From IMG/VR virus record IMGVR_UViG_3300025530_000031, positions 1 to 34,910 of that record: a DNA stretch of 34,910 nucleotides. One strand, 5' to 3'. The translations under genes were made by a program, and so were the position numbers. This document shows, one piece after another, positions 14,891-23,597 of this stretch (its first letter is position 1; every line of letters begins with the position of its first letter). The DNA comes from a virus. Its lineage: Duplodnaviria; Caudoviricetes. The notes beneath the pieces were generated by a model that was given only the letters and a program-made list of their open reading frames with translations, was not told the origin of the DNA and searched no databases.

Positions 14891-16124
14891 ATTAACTAAA
14901 TTAATAGCACCATCATTTTATAACGTTCATCATTCAATACGTAATAAGGAATACAGCCATTACTGGTTAAAAGGTGGACGTGGCTCTACTAAATCATCAT
15001 TTGTTTCTGTTGAAATAATAATGGGAATGATGGCGGATCCGGATGCCAATGCGGTTATACTACGTAAAGTCAAAGAAACACTTCGTGAATCCGTTTATGA
15101 GCAAATGCTGTGGGCCATTGATAAATTAGAAGTAGCCCACTTATGGCATGAATCACTCAATCCTTTGAGTATAACTTATAAGCCAACAGGTCAAAAAATA
15201 ATATTCAAAGGTGCAGACAAGCCTAAAAAAGTTAAGTCCAGTAAATTCCGTCGAGGATATGCCAAGTTTATTTGGTATGAAGAAGCTGATGAGTTCACAG
15301 GAATGCAAGACATCCGAACCATTAATCAAACGTTAGTTCGTGGTGGTCCTGATATTCAGGTATTTTACACATTTAACCCTCCACAATCACAAAATAACTG
15401 GGTTAACAGTGAAGTTGAACAGCAGAAATTAAGAAAAGACACGTTAGTACATTCAAGTGACTATCGGACAGTGCCAAAAGAATGGCTAGGCGAACAGTTT
15501 ATAAACGACGCTGAACATTTAAAGAAAACCAATCCGAAAAAATATGAGCATGAGTATTTAGGGGTTGTTACCGGTACAGGTGCAGAAGTATTCACAAACG
15601 TTACACAAAGAAGAATTACAGATGAAGAGATTGCTAGGTTTGACAAAATCAGACGAGGCTTAGACTTTGGTTTTGCTGCAGATCCTTTACACTATACAGA
15701 GAATTACTATGATAAAGCCCGGAAAAGGCTTTTTATTTTTGCCGAAATTCACCAAGTTGGATTGAAAAATAGTGTAGCCGTTGAAAAAATCAAGCAAATA
15801 AACAAGTTAAATGGTTGGATTACTGCTGATTCCGCAGAGCCAAGAACCATATCTGAATTTAATGATTTAGGTTTAAGGGTAGTTGGTGCTAAGAAGGGCC
15901 CTGGTAGTGTGGAACATGGAATCAAGTGGTTACAAGATTTAAACGAAATCATCATTGACCCGGAACGCTGCCCGAATACAGCCCGGGAATTTAGCACTTA
16001 TGAAATTGAAAAAGACAGCAACGGAAATCTTAAAGGAACTTATCCAGATAAGAATAACCATAGTATTGATGCTACACGTTACAGCTTAGAAGATGAAATG
16101 AAACAAAGCAAATGGCTTTATTAA
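14880..16124 (+). CDS. terL: Terminase large subunit, PBSX/SPP1 family
   Basis: KGGRGSTKS, WYEEA, GLDFGF, ADSAEP, NHSIDATRY. Confidence 0.96.
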   Translation: MAVKLTKLIAPSFYNVHHSIRNKEYSHYWLKGGRGSTKSSFVSVEIIMGMMADPDANAVILRKVKETLRESVYEQMLWAIDKLEVAHLWHESLNPLSITYKPTGQKIIFKGADKPKKVKSSKFRRGYAKFIWYEEADEFTGMQDIRTINQTLVRGGPDIQVFYTFNPPQSQNNWVNSEVEQQKLRKDTLVHSSDYRTVPKEWLGEQFINDAEHLKKTNPKKYEHEYLGVVTGTGAEVFTNVTQRRITDEEIARFDKIRRGLDFGFAADPLHYTENYYDKARKRLFIFAEIHQVGLKNSVAVEKIKQINKLNGWITADSAEPRTISEFNDLGLRVVGAKKGPGSVEHGIKWLQDLNEIIIDPERCPNTAREFSTYEIEKDSNGNLKGTYPDKNNHSIDATRYSLEDEMKQSKWLY

Positions 16125-16136
16125 GGTGGTGAGATA

Positions 16137-17642
16137 GTGGACAGCAAATATTTACTTAGCGACAATCCTACAGTCGTTGCTCAGGCATTAAAAAGCGCAA
16201 TTGAAACTGATAAAGCTTCACCCGCAAAGGTAAAGGCGAGAGAAGGGGAACGCTACTACGAATATAAACATGATATCTTAAATAATCGTATTTTTTACAT
16301 TGATGATAATGATGTAGTGCAAGAGGATAAAAACGCTACTAACATTAAAATCCCACATCCATTTTTTACTGAGTTAGTTGACCAAAAAGTCCAATATCTG
16401 CTATCAAATCCGGTTGAGGTCGAAGTTGATGATGATCAGTTTAAAGCATATTTAGAAGAATACTATGATGATGATTTTCAGGTGTTTTTACAAGAAGCGC
16501 TCGAGGGAGCAAGCAAAAAAGGATATGAATATATCTTTGCTCGAACAAACGAACAGGACAGGCTTTGTTTTCAGGTATCTGACAGTTTAGGGACATTCCC
16601 GGTGTATGACGACAATAACCAATTGAAGGCTATAGTTAGATATTACGACAAGGATATTTACAGAGAGGGTAAAAACGAAACGGTTACTGTAGGAGAGGTT
16701 TGGGACAGTGAGAAAGTAACATTTTATATTACAGACAAAAACAAAAGGTTTGTATTTGATGAAAGTCGAGAAATGAACCCACGCCCTCATGTTGTAGCAA
16801 AGGCAAGTGATGGGACACTTTTATCGCGTTCATATGGGACGATCCCTTTTTATCGTTTGTCCAATAACAGTAAGGAGAAAACAGATTTAGAGCCAATTAA
16901 GGCATTGATTGATGACTATGATCTAATGGCGTGCTTTTTATCTAATAACCTACAAGATTTTGCTGATGCCATATATGTGGTTAAAGGTTTTATGGGTGAT
17001 GATCTATCTAAGCTAAAACAAAATATCAAAGCAAAAAAAGTTGTCGGCACGGGTGCTGATGGCGGTGTTGAAATTCAGACGGTAGATATACCGGTCGAAG
17101 CGAGAAAAACCAAGTTAGAAATCGATAAAAATGCCATTTACAAGTTTGGCATGGGTTTTGACAGCTCTCAGGTAGGCGACGGCAATATCACCAACGTAGT
17201 TATTAAGTCACGATATGCCTTATTGGACATGAAAGCAAACAAGGCGGAAGTAAGACTCAGAGCCATGCTGAAATGGATTAATGAAATGATAGTGGACGAT
17301 ATAAACCGCCGCTATGGAACAGCATATAAAGCAAGTGACATTACGGTAAATATCGTCCGTGAAACAATGGTCAATGAAAAGGACCTTGTTGAACAGGACA
17401 AAATTGAAGCAGAAACAAAACAAGTCATCATTGAAACCATTTTAAGTGTTGCTGCCAGATTAGATGATGAATCTGTCCTGAAACTTATCTGCGAACAATT
17501 TGAATTGGACTGGGAAGAAGTACAACAAGCTATCGAGGAACAGGATTATACACCGGGGTTAGCAACTAACACGGATCCATTAGGTGGTGAACCGAATGTC
17601 ACAACTGGACAAGTGGCAGCAGGAACTGGAACGATTGTCTGA
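16137..17642 (+). CDS. Portal protein, SPP1 gp6-like
   Basis: KIPHPFFTELVDQKVQYL, LIDDYD, GNITNVVIKSRY; follows terL. Confidence 0.93.
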   Translation: MDSKYLLSDNPTVVAQALKSAIETDKASPAKVKAREGERYYEYKHDILNNRIFYIDDNDVVQEDKNATNIKIPHPFFTELVDQKVQYLLSNPVEVEVDDDQFKAYLEEYYDDDFQVFLQEALEGASKKGYEYIFARTNEQDRLCFQVSDSLGTFPVYDDNNQLKAIVRYYDKDIYREGKNETVTVGEVWDSEKVTFYITDKNKRFVFDESREMNPRPHVVAKASDGTLLSRSYGTIPFYRLSNNSKEKTDLEPIKALIDDYDLMACFLSNNLQDFADAIYVVKGFMGDDLSKLKQNIKAKKVVGTGADGGVEIQTVDIPVEARKTKLEIDKNAIYKFGMGFDSSQVGDGNITNVVIKSRYALLDMKANKAEVRLRAMLKWINEMIVDDINRRYGTAYKASDITVNIVRETMVNEKDLVEQDKIEAETKQVIIETILSVAARLDDESVLKLICEQFELDWEEVQQAIEEQDYTPGLATNTDPLGGEPNVTTGQVAAGTGTIV

Positions 17643-18510
17643 GAAGAATTATGAAGAATTAAATAGTGAATTATTTAAGTTTTATAAGAGTGCATTGATT
17701 GAAATTAAAAAGCTGATAAAGTCATATATCGATAATTATGACATGTTGTCGTTTTCAAGGCGGTTAGAAGCTGAACGATTACTTGCTGTTGCAGAAGCAA
17801 TTGACGAAATCTTGTCTCAAACAACGAATGATGTACAAGAGGCTATCCTTGAATTTATCGAGAAAGAAGCCAAAAACGGATATTACGGTGTTTGGTACGC
17901 ATTGGAAGGAGCAGCAAATTTACAGTTAAATTTTCCAATACTTGACAATGAATATATTAACGAATTGGTATTTAAACAAATTGATGGGATGACGTTTTCC
18001 GAACGTTTATATGAGCGACGTGATGAACTTGCTAAGAAGGTAACTGATGAATTACAGATGGCATATTTACGAGGTGACGGTTACCAAAAGGTTGCAAAGC
18101 GTGTGAACGAACATACAGAGGCAACATATAAACAAGCCCTGAGAATTGCCAGAACTGAAGGTGGCCGCGTTCAATCAACCACTAAGCAACGCAGCTATGA
18201 AGAAGCTAAAAGAGCCGGTGTAAGGATAGAAAAAAGATGGTTGGCCACACTCGATAAAAAGACCAGGCATAATCATAGAAAACTGGATGGTCAAACGGTT
18301 CCGGTAAATGGATATTTTAAAATAAACGGTCATAAAGCAAAAGGGCCACGAATGTTTGGTGTAGCTAAAGAGGATATAAATTGCAGGTGTGCAACTATAG
18401 CGGTCGTAAATGGTATTTCTCCATCACTTAGACGGGATAATATCTCCGGTGAGGTTGGAAGCTATAAGAATTATAAAGAGTGGGCAAAAGATAAGGGGAT
18501 TGAGGTATGA
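17596..18510 (+). CDS. Minor head protein (SPP1 gp7 / Mu F-like)
   Basis: RIARTE, WLATLDKKTR..H..LDGQ, EDINCRC. Confidence 0.92.
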   Translation: MSQLDKWQQELERLSEKNYEELNSELFKFYKSALIEIKKLIKSYIDNYDMLSFSRRLEAERLLAVAEAIDEILSQTTNDVQEAILEFIEKEAKNGYYGVWYALEGAANLQLNFPILDNEYINELVFKQIDGMTFSERLYERRDELAKKVTDELQMAYLRGDGYQKVAKRVNEHTEATYKQALRIARTEGGRVQSTTKQRSYEEAKRAGVRIEKRWLATLDKKTRHNHRKLDGQTVPVNGYFKINGHKAKGPRMFGVAKEDINCRCATIAVVNGISPSLRRDNISGEVGSYKNYKEWAKDKGIEV

Positions 18511-18577
18511 AGCGATTTATAGTAAAGATAATCAATAAATGTTTGCTATTTTTATATTTTCATAAGGCGGTGAGACC

Positions 18578-18778
18578 TTGGAAGAAAAATACGCAAAAGC
18601 AATTGCTAATGAATTAAAGTTGATTCGTCAGGAATTACAAAAACTAAACGAACCAAAAGTCGTTGGTCCATTAGTATTTAATGCTGCAGTCTCACAAGAA
18701 CAAGATAGTGATGAACTTTTATCAGAAGGGGAACTGGAACACATCAATCATTTGGCTGGTGAAAGAGTAAGTTTTTAA
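18578..18778 (+). CDS. Hypothetical protein
   Basis: AGGCGGTG RBS, TTG start. Confidence 0.5.
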   Translation: MEEKYAKAIANELKLIRQELQKLNEPKVVGPLVFNAAVSQEQDSDELLSEGELEHINHLAGERVSF

Positions 18779-18782
18779 TTAT

Positions 18783-18878
18783 TGACCTAAGCAAGTCATT
18801 AAAAGGCTTATTTATTTTACCTTGATTGGGGGTATAGCCAATCAATCCCAACAGGCAGCGACCTGTATAAACATGCTA
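18783..18878 (+). promoter_or_regulatory. Structured 5' leader of the scaffold gene (tandem pseudoknot-like elements)
   Basis: TGAC/GTCA with loop TAAGC pairing GCTTA; TTGATTGG/CCAATCAA; ACAGG/CCTGT with loop AGC pairing GCT. Confidence 0.5.
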
Positions 18879-18902
18879 TGGATAAATGGAGGATGAAAAT
18901 AA

Positions 18903-19487
18903 ATGGAATGGATTAAAACTATACTAGAAAAATACCGCAAAGAAGACGGGACGGTTGATATTGAAAAAGCCATGGCCGAAATAAATGCGGAATTTCCAAA
19001 AAATGCGGTGCCAAAAAGTGAATATAACGACAAAGCCAATCAACTTAAAGAAGCGAACAACACGATTAATCAATTAAAGCAAAATAACCAAAGCAATGAG
19101 GATTTACAGAAGAAAATCCAAGACTATGAAACTAAAATTCAAAACTTAGAAAAGGAAGCACTTGAAACAAAGAAGATATTTGCTTTGAAAGAGGCATTAA
19201 CAAAAGCAGGGGCAACTGATGTTGATTATATGCTTTTTAAATTAGGTGATGTCGAAGTGGACAAGGATGGCAATATCAAGGACCTTGACAATAAAGTGAA
19301 GGCTTTGCAAGAAGCGAATCCATCATTTTTTGAGACTAAACCAGGTGAAAGTCAACAACATCAGCAACAACCCGGGGCGCCCGGATATCAAGTGATTGAC
19401 AACAAATTGGACAAAGGTAAACCAAGTGATCCAGCTGCAGAGGCAACAGCAGCATTTGAAGCTGCACTAGGAATCAAGAATGAATAA
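18903..19487 (+). CDS. Capsid scaffolding protein (Phage_GP20 family)
   Basis: VPKSEYNDK, coiled coil, AGATDVDY, L.EANPSFF; precedes the capsid gene. Confidence 0.88.
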   Translation: MEWIKTILEKYRKEDGTVDIEKAMAEINAEFPKNAVPKSEYNDKANQLKEANNTINQLKQNNQSNEDLQKKIQDYETKIQNLEKEALETKKIFALKEALTKAGATDVDYMLFKLGDVEVDKDGNIKDLDNKVKALQEANPSFFETKPGESQQHQQQPGAPGYQVIDNKLDKGKPSDPAAEATAAFEAALGIKNE

Positions 19488-19506
19488 TTAAGGGAGGAAA
19501 TACAAC

Positions 19507-20433
19507 ATGCCAAATACATTAGAATATAGTAAAATTTTTCAACCATCTTTAGACAAACAAGTCGTTCAAGAGTCTACAACAGGATGGATGGAGTTAAATA
19601 GTAATCTAGTAAAATACAATGGTGGTAATGAAGTTAAACTGCCAAACATTGTCATGGATGGTCTAGCAGACTATGACCGTACTAATGGTTTTGTTGGTGG
19701 AGATGTTACTTTAGAATGGAAAACATACACGCTTACACAAGATCGCGGTCGTTCATTCTCTATCGATGCAATGGATGTAGATGAAACTAACTTTGTTGTA
19801 ACTGCAGGAACAGTAATGGGAGAATTCCAACGGACTATGGTTATTCCTGAAATTGATGCTTATCGTTACAGCAAACTCGCCTCTTTAGCAATTAGCGCTG
19901 GTCAAAAACGTGAATTTGCATTAACTCCAGATACAGATACAATTGTTAAAGAGTTACTCGCCGATTTAGCAGCAATGGAGGATGTTATCGGTGCAAAACA
20001 AGTAATTATTACAATGAATCCTATCGTTGCAGCACAATTAGGAAGAGATGCAAAAGAATATGTATCAAAAACTATGCTTCAAAAAGGCGCTTTGTCTACA
20101 GAAGTTCAATCTTTTAACGACAATCCAATTGTCAAAGCACCAAGTAAACTATTAAAAACAGCATTCACTTTCTATGATGGAACAACTACTGGACAAGAAG
20201 CAGGTGGTTTCACAAATGCAGCTGGTGCATTAGATATTAACTGGTTAATTTCTACCAAAGATGCGCCAATCGCAATCAGCAAAACTGATAAAGTTCGTAC
20301 ATTCGCACCAGATGTGAACCAAAAAGCAGACGCTTGGAAGATTGACTACCGCAAATATCATGATTTATGGGTACCGGCAAGTAAATTAACTAGTATTTTT
20401 GTTAATACAAAACCTGCGGCTCCTGAGGCATAA
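19507..20433 (+). CDS. Major capsid protein
   Basis: GGNEVKLP, GLADYDR, QDRGRSFSIDAMDVDET, IPEIDAYRYSK, YRKYHDLWV. Confidence 0.92.
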   Translation: MPNTLEYSKIFQPSLDKQVVQESTTGWMELNSNLVKYNGGNEVKLPNIVMDGLADYDRTNGFVGGDVTLEWKTYTLTQDRGRSFSIDAMDVDETNFVVTAGTVMGEFQRTMVIPEIDAYRYSKLASLAISAGQKREFALTPDTDTIVKELLADLAAMEDVIGAKQVIITMNPIVAAQLGRDAKEYVSKTMLQKGALSTEVQSFNDNPIVKAPSKLLKTAFTFYDGTTTGQEAGGFTNAAGALDINWLISTKDAPIAISKTDKVRTFAPDVNQKADAWKIDYRKYHDLWVPASKLTSIFVNTKPAAPEA

Positions 20434-20450
20434 GAAGGAGGAAGTGTTAC

Positions 20451-20603
20451 ATGGAAATGACAGAGTATAGGCTTTTAAATGTTGTTCGTTATACTGATAA
20501 TGAGGTGAAAGCGCGACAATTAGAAGCGTTGGGATTTAAAAAAGTCGAAAAAGAAGATAAGAAAGCAACGATTAAGAAACAACCAGCTAAGAAAGAGGGA
20601 TAA
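20451..20603 (+). CDS. 50-aa capsid-associated small protein (not in the ORF track)
   Basis: AAGGAGG RBS; MEMTEYRLLNVVRYTDNEVKARQLEALGFKKV... Confidence 0.7.
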   Translation: MEMTEYRLLNVVRYTDNEVKARQLEALGFKKVEKEDKKATIKKQPAKKEG

Positions 20604-20626
20604 TCGACATCCCTCTTTTTCTTTTG
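20592..20626 (+). terminator. Intrinsic terminator after the capsid genes
   Basis: AAAGAGGGAT-AATCGAC-ATCCCTCTTT followed by T-run. Confidence 0.8.
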
Positions 20627-20641
20627 AAATGAGGTGATGGA

Positions 20642-21178
20642 ATGATTATTACTCTTGAAGAAGCACAATCCATTGATCCAAATATCACTCAAGATGACCT
20701 AGATGCCTTCGAATCTAGTATAAGAGAGTTAACCAACAATAGTTTCCAAAACAAATATGTTCGGTTTAAACATGTTTCTATCGAAGCGCCAAACACCATT
20801 CGTACTAAAGAACATATTAAAGGCATTCGAATTGGCGACACCGTAGAGGTTAATTATTCGCCATTTAACGATGGTTTATTCGTTGTGGATGAAATACTCG
20901 AGAACACAATAAAAGTTCAAGGTGAGCCATTTATTGATGAATTAGGCAATAAAAATTTAATGGTCACATTAGTTAAGTACCCACCAGATATAAAACGAGG
21001 TGTTAAGAAACTAATTGAGTACGACAAAAAGATGGCCGGCAAAATAGGTATCAAATCCGAAACCATTAGTCGTATGAGTACCACATATTACGATATGACA
21101 GCAACCGAAAACACTGACGGATATCCATCAGCTTTACTTTCCTTCCTCAAGAAGTATGAAAAAATGAGGTGGGGTTAA
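20642..21178 (+). CDS. Head-tail connector/adaptor (gp15-like)
   Basis: MIITLEEA, YPPDIK, GIKSETISRMS.TY, GYP; position. Confidence 0.75.
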   Translation: MIITLEEAQSIDPNITQDDLDAFESSIRELTNNSFQNKYVRFKHVSIEAPNTIRTKEHIKGIRIGDTVEVNYSPFNDGLFVVDEILENTIKVQGEPFIDELGNKNLMVTLVKYPPDIKRGVKKLIEYDKKMAGKIGIKSETISRMSTTYYDMTATENTDGYPSALLSFLKKYEKMRWG

Positions 21179-21501
21179 TGAATACTTTTCAAATACAACA
21201 ATTGACACAAATTGATGATGGAATTGGCGGATATATTGAGGACTGGACATTGTTTAAAGAAGTTCAAGGATATCTAGATTTAGTAACAGGTACAGACCTA
21301 AATTCCGTCCAGAATGCCATCATTGAGCAATCAACTCACCTTTTAATTATTCCTGAATTTACAGTAGGAATAACTGACAAAATGCGCGTAGTGGACGAAA
21401 ATAAGCGTTACTATACGATTACCTATAGTGATGATCCAATGGGAGTACATCATCATAACGAAATCTATTGTAAGTTTGGTGGTGTATTGGATGGAATTTG
21501 A
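21178..21501 (+). CDS. Head closure protein (SPP1 gp16-like)
   Basis: DDGIGGYIEDW, ITDKMRV, DDPMG.HHHNEI. Confidence 0.8.
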   Translation: MNTFQIQQLTQIDDGIGGYIEDWTLFKEVQGYLDLVTGTDLNSVQNAIIEQSTHLLIIPEFTVGITDKMRVVDENKRYYTITYSDDPMGVHHHNEIYCKFGGVLDGI

Positions 21502-21922
21502 GGATAAATCAAGTGTAGTAAAGAAGGCATTAAAACTTGCAGCAGTAAAATCAATGGAAAGTGCTTGCCTTTTAGTTGAAGGACAAGCCAAAGCACTGGC
21601 GCCGGTTGGTAATACCGCGGAATTAAGAGATAAAATCAATCATAAAGTATTTGAACAAAATGGAAAAATTGTTGGTCAAGTCGGTTCTCCTTTGATGTAT
21701 GCCATATATGTAGAGTATGGGACTGGTGAGTTCGCGGAAAACGGAGCCGGAAGAAAAGGCGGATGGGTGTATCAGGACCCATCAGGCGAATGGTTTTTTA
21801 CTTGGGGAATGGATCCACAACCATTTTTACGTCCGGCATTTAGAAGTAATAAAAAGCAAGTGATAAAAATAATCGGCGATAAATTTAAAACCTCTTTCAA
21901 GGGGGTTAAAGGTAATGATTGA
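21491..21922 (+). CDS. HK97 gp10-like tail-completion protein
   Basis: AKALAPV, YAIYVEYGTG, PQPFLRPAF. Confidence 0.88.
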   Translation: MEFEDKSSVVKKALKLAAVKSMESACLLVEGQAKALAPVGNTAELRDKINHKVFEQNGKIVGQVGSPLMYAIYVEYGTGEFAENGAGRKGGWVYQDPSGEWFFTWGMDPQPFLRPAFRSNKKQVIKIIGDKFKTSFKGVKGND

Positions 21923-22283
21923 ATTCGTACAAGAGTTAACAAAACAGTTTAGAGCAGTTACTCCGGAAAGCTATCATGAAAAAAATCGAAAATCAACTGT
22001 TACTTATCCATACCTGACATTTGATTTTGATACCGAATCATTAGAAAGAAATGTTGAAGGCTTTGATATTGATGTCGATATTTTCGACAACAGTCCCAGC
22101 TACACGAACATATTTACTGTTGAAGGACAACTAAGGGCACATTTTAAAGATTTAATCATACTAACAGATGACTTGTTAATGCGTTTCAATTTTTTGCGCT
22201 CAACAAAGATTTCAACCGGTGACGATTTGATTAAACGGAGAAATTTACAAATTTACTGCAAGGTAGATTGGAGGAATAAATAA
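21915..22283 (+). CDS. Tail terminator protein (putative)
   Basis: YPYLTF and DVDIFD; position before the major tail gene. Confidence 0.7.
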   Translation: MIEFVQELTKQFRAVTPESYHEKNRKSTVTYPYLTFDFDTESLERNVEGFDIDVDIFDNSPSYTNIFTVEGQLRAHFKDLIILTDDLLMRFNFLRSTKISTGDDLIKRRNLQIYCKVDWRNK

Positions 22284-22891
22284 TGGTATTAAAGAAATCG
22301 GGATATTCAAGCACTACCGCAAAGAATTACATTATTGACGCAGGCGTTGTTTATACAAATGTCACTTTTGACAGTGTTAGTGGCGATTTTACGGGCACGT
22401 TGCAGGGCGCGACAGCAGGCGGTGTTACATTAACCATTGAACAATCCTATCGAGATATTGAAATTGATGGTGCAACAAAAATGAAAGTGAAAGGAAATAA
22501 GGTTCTTGAATCTGCAAATGCAACCATCACTGCAAATATGAAAGAACTAACCGCAGAAAACATTCGTAAGTCTTTGAATGGTTCAATAAGAGATGCGGCA
22601 GCAGATGAGGCACCTGCTGGATATAAAGTGATTGAATCAAAGCTAAATGTTGATGATGATGATTATATTACGAATATGGCTGTTGTTGGTCGGTTAAGCG
22701 GAACAAACAAGCCGATTATCGCTATTCTTGATAACGTGTTATGCACTTCAGGCCTTGAATTAGGTACGGAAGACAATAACGAGGCCGTCGTAGAACAAAC
22801 ATATGAAGCACATGCAACTCCTGAACAATTAGAAGCTGAAAAATTCCCGTGGAGAATCTTGTATCCTGGTGAAACAACAACTGGTGCATAA
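22283..22891 (+). CDS. Major tail (tube) protein
   Basis: IDAGVVY, GATAGG, RDIEIDG, PWRILYP; position. Confidence 0.82.
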   Translation: MVLKKSGYSSTTAKNYIIDAGVVYTNVTFDSVSGDFTGTLQGATAGGVTLTIEQSYRDIEIDGATKMKVKGNKVLESANATITANMKELTAENIRKSLNGSIRDAAADEAPAGYKVIESKLNVDDDDYITNMAVVGRLSGTNKPIIAILDNVLCTSGLELGTEDNNEAVVEQTYEAHATPEQLEAEKFPWRILYPGETTTGA

Positions 22892-22905
22892 GGAGGAACT
22901 AATGT

Positions 22906-23268
22906 ATGGTACATGAAATGCGAGAGTTGAGGGGTGACGATTTGTTCACACTTCTTTCAATTGTTGGAAAATTAGATATCAAAGATGATTTTATAAAAAT
23001 TTTCGAAAAGAACAGCGGTGCAAGTGCAAATAGTGAAACGGATGCCGAAAAAAGAGGTATGGAGGCGGCAGCCAATTTACTTCAAACCGTTCTAAAAAAT
23101 ATTGGTACCGTAAAGGATGATATTAATACATTGCTTGCAGATCTATGTGGTGTAAACACGAAAGAAATTAAAGAACTAGGATTAAAAGATTATACGACTT
23201 TGTTAATAAATTTCTTCAAAAAACCTGAACTAAAGGATTTTTTTACATCTATCGCCTCCTTACTGTAA
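22906..23268 (+). CDS. Tail assembly chaperone (gpG-like)
   Basis: Between tail tube and tape measure genes; ends near a T7 slippery run. Confidence 0.8.
   Translation: MVHEMRELRGDDLFTLLSIVGKLDIKDDFIKIFEKNSGASANSETDAEKRGMEAAANLLQTVLKNIGTVKDDINTLLADLCGVNTKEIKELGLKDYTTLLINFFKKPELKDFFTSIASLL
23238..23244 (+). other. Programmed -1 frameshift site (T TTT TTT)
   Basis: GAT TTT TTT ACA; the -1 frame is open and joins ORF 23283..23597. Confidence 0.75.
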
Positions 23269-23282
23269 ATCAAAATGAAAAC

Positions 23283-23597
23283 ATGGAATTCAAACTGAAA
23301 GATATATTGTTTAAGAGATATGGAGATCCGTTATCCTTGCTAAAAACGTATTCCTTAGCAAGCCTAGCGGATTTTATTTTGTATTTATTTGATAAGGATG
23401 TAGAGGACAGCCTTTGGGAAACGTGGTTACACAAGTATAGTAAAAAGAGTTTTCCTGATTTTAAAAAGGAACATTATAAAGATATGTATAGGCCAAAGAA
23501 CAAGCTATTAAGCAAAGAGGAAGAACAAGCGGCCATCAATAATGCCATGAAGTTTATCAAGCCTGTTAACAAAGGCGGTGAGAACGCAAATGAATGA
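23283..23597 (+). CDS. Tail assembly chaperone extension (gpT-like), probably made as a G-T fusion
   Basis: No clear RBS; reached by -1 frameshift. Confidence 0.72.
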   Translation: MEFKLKDILFKRYGDPLSLLKTYSLASLADFILYLFDKDVEDSLWETWLHKYSKKSFPDFKKEHYKDMYRPKNKLLSKEEEQAAINNAMKFIKPVNKGGENANE

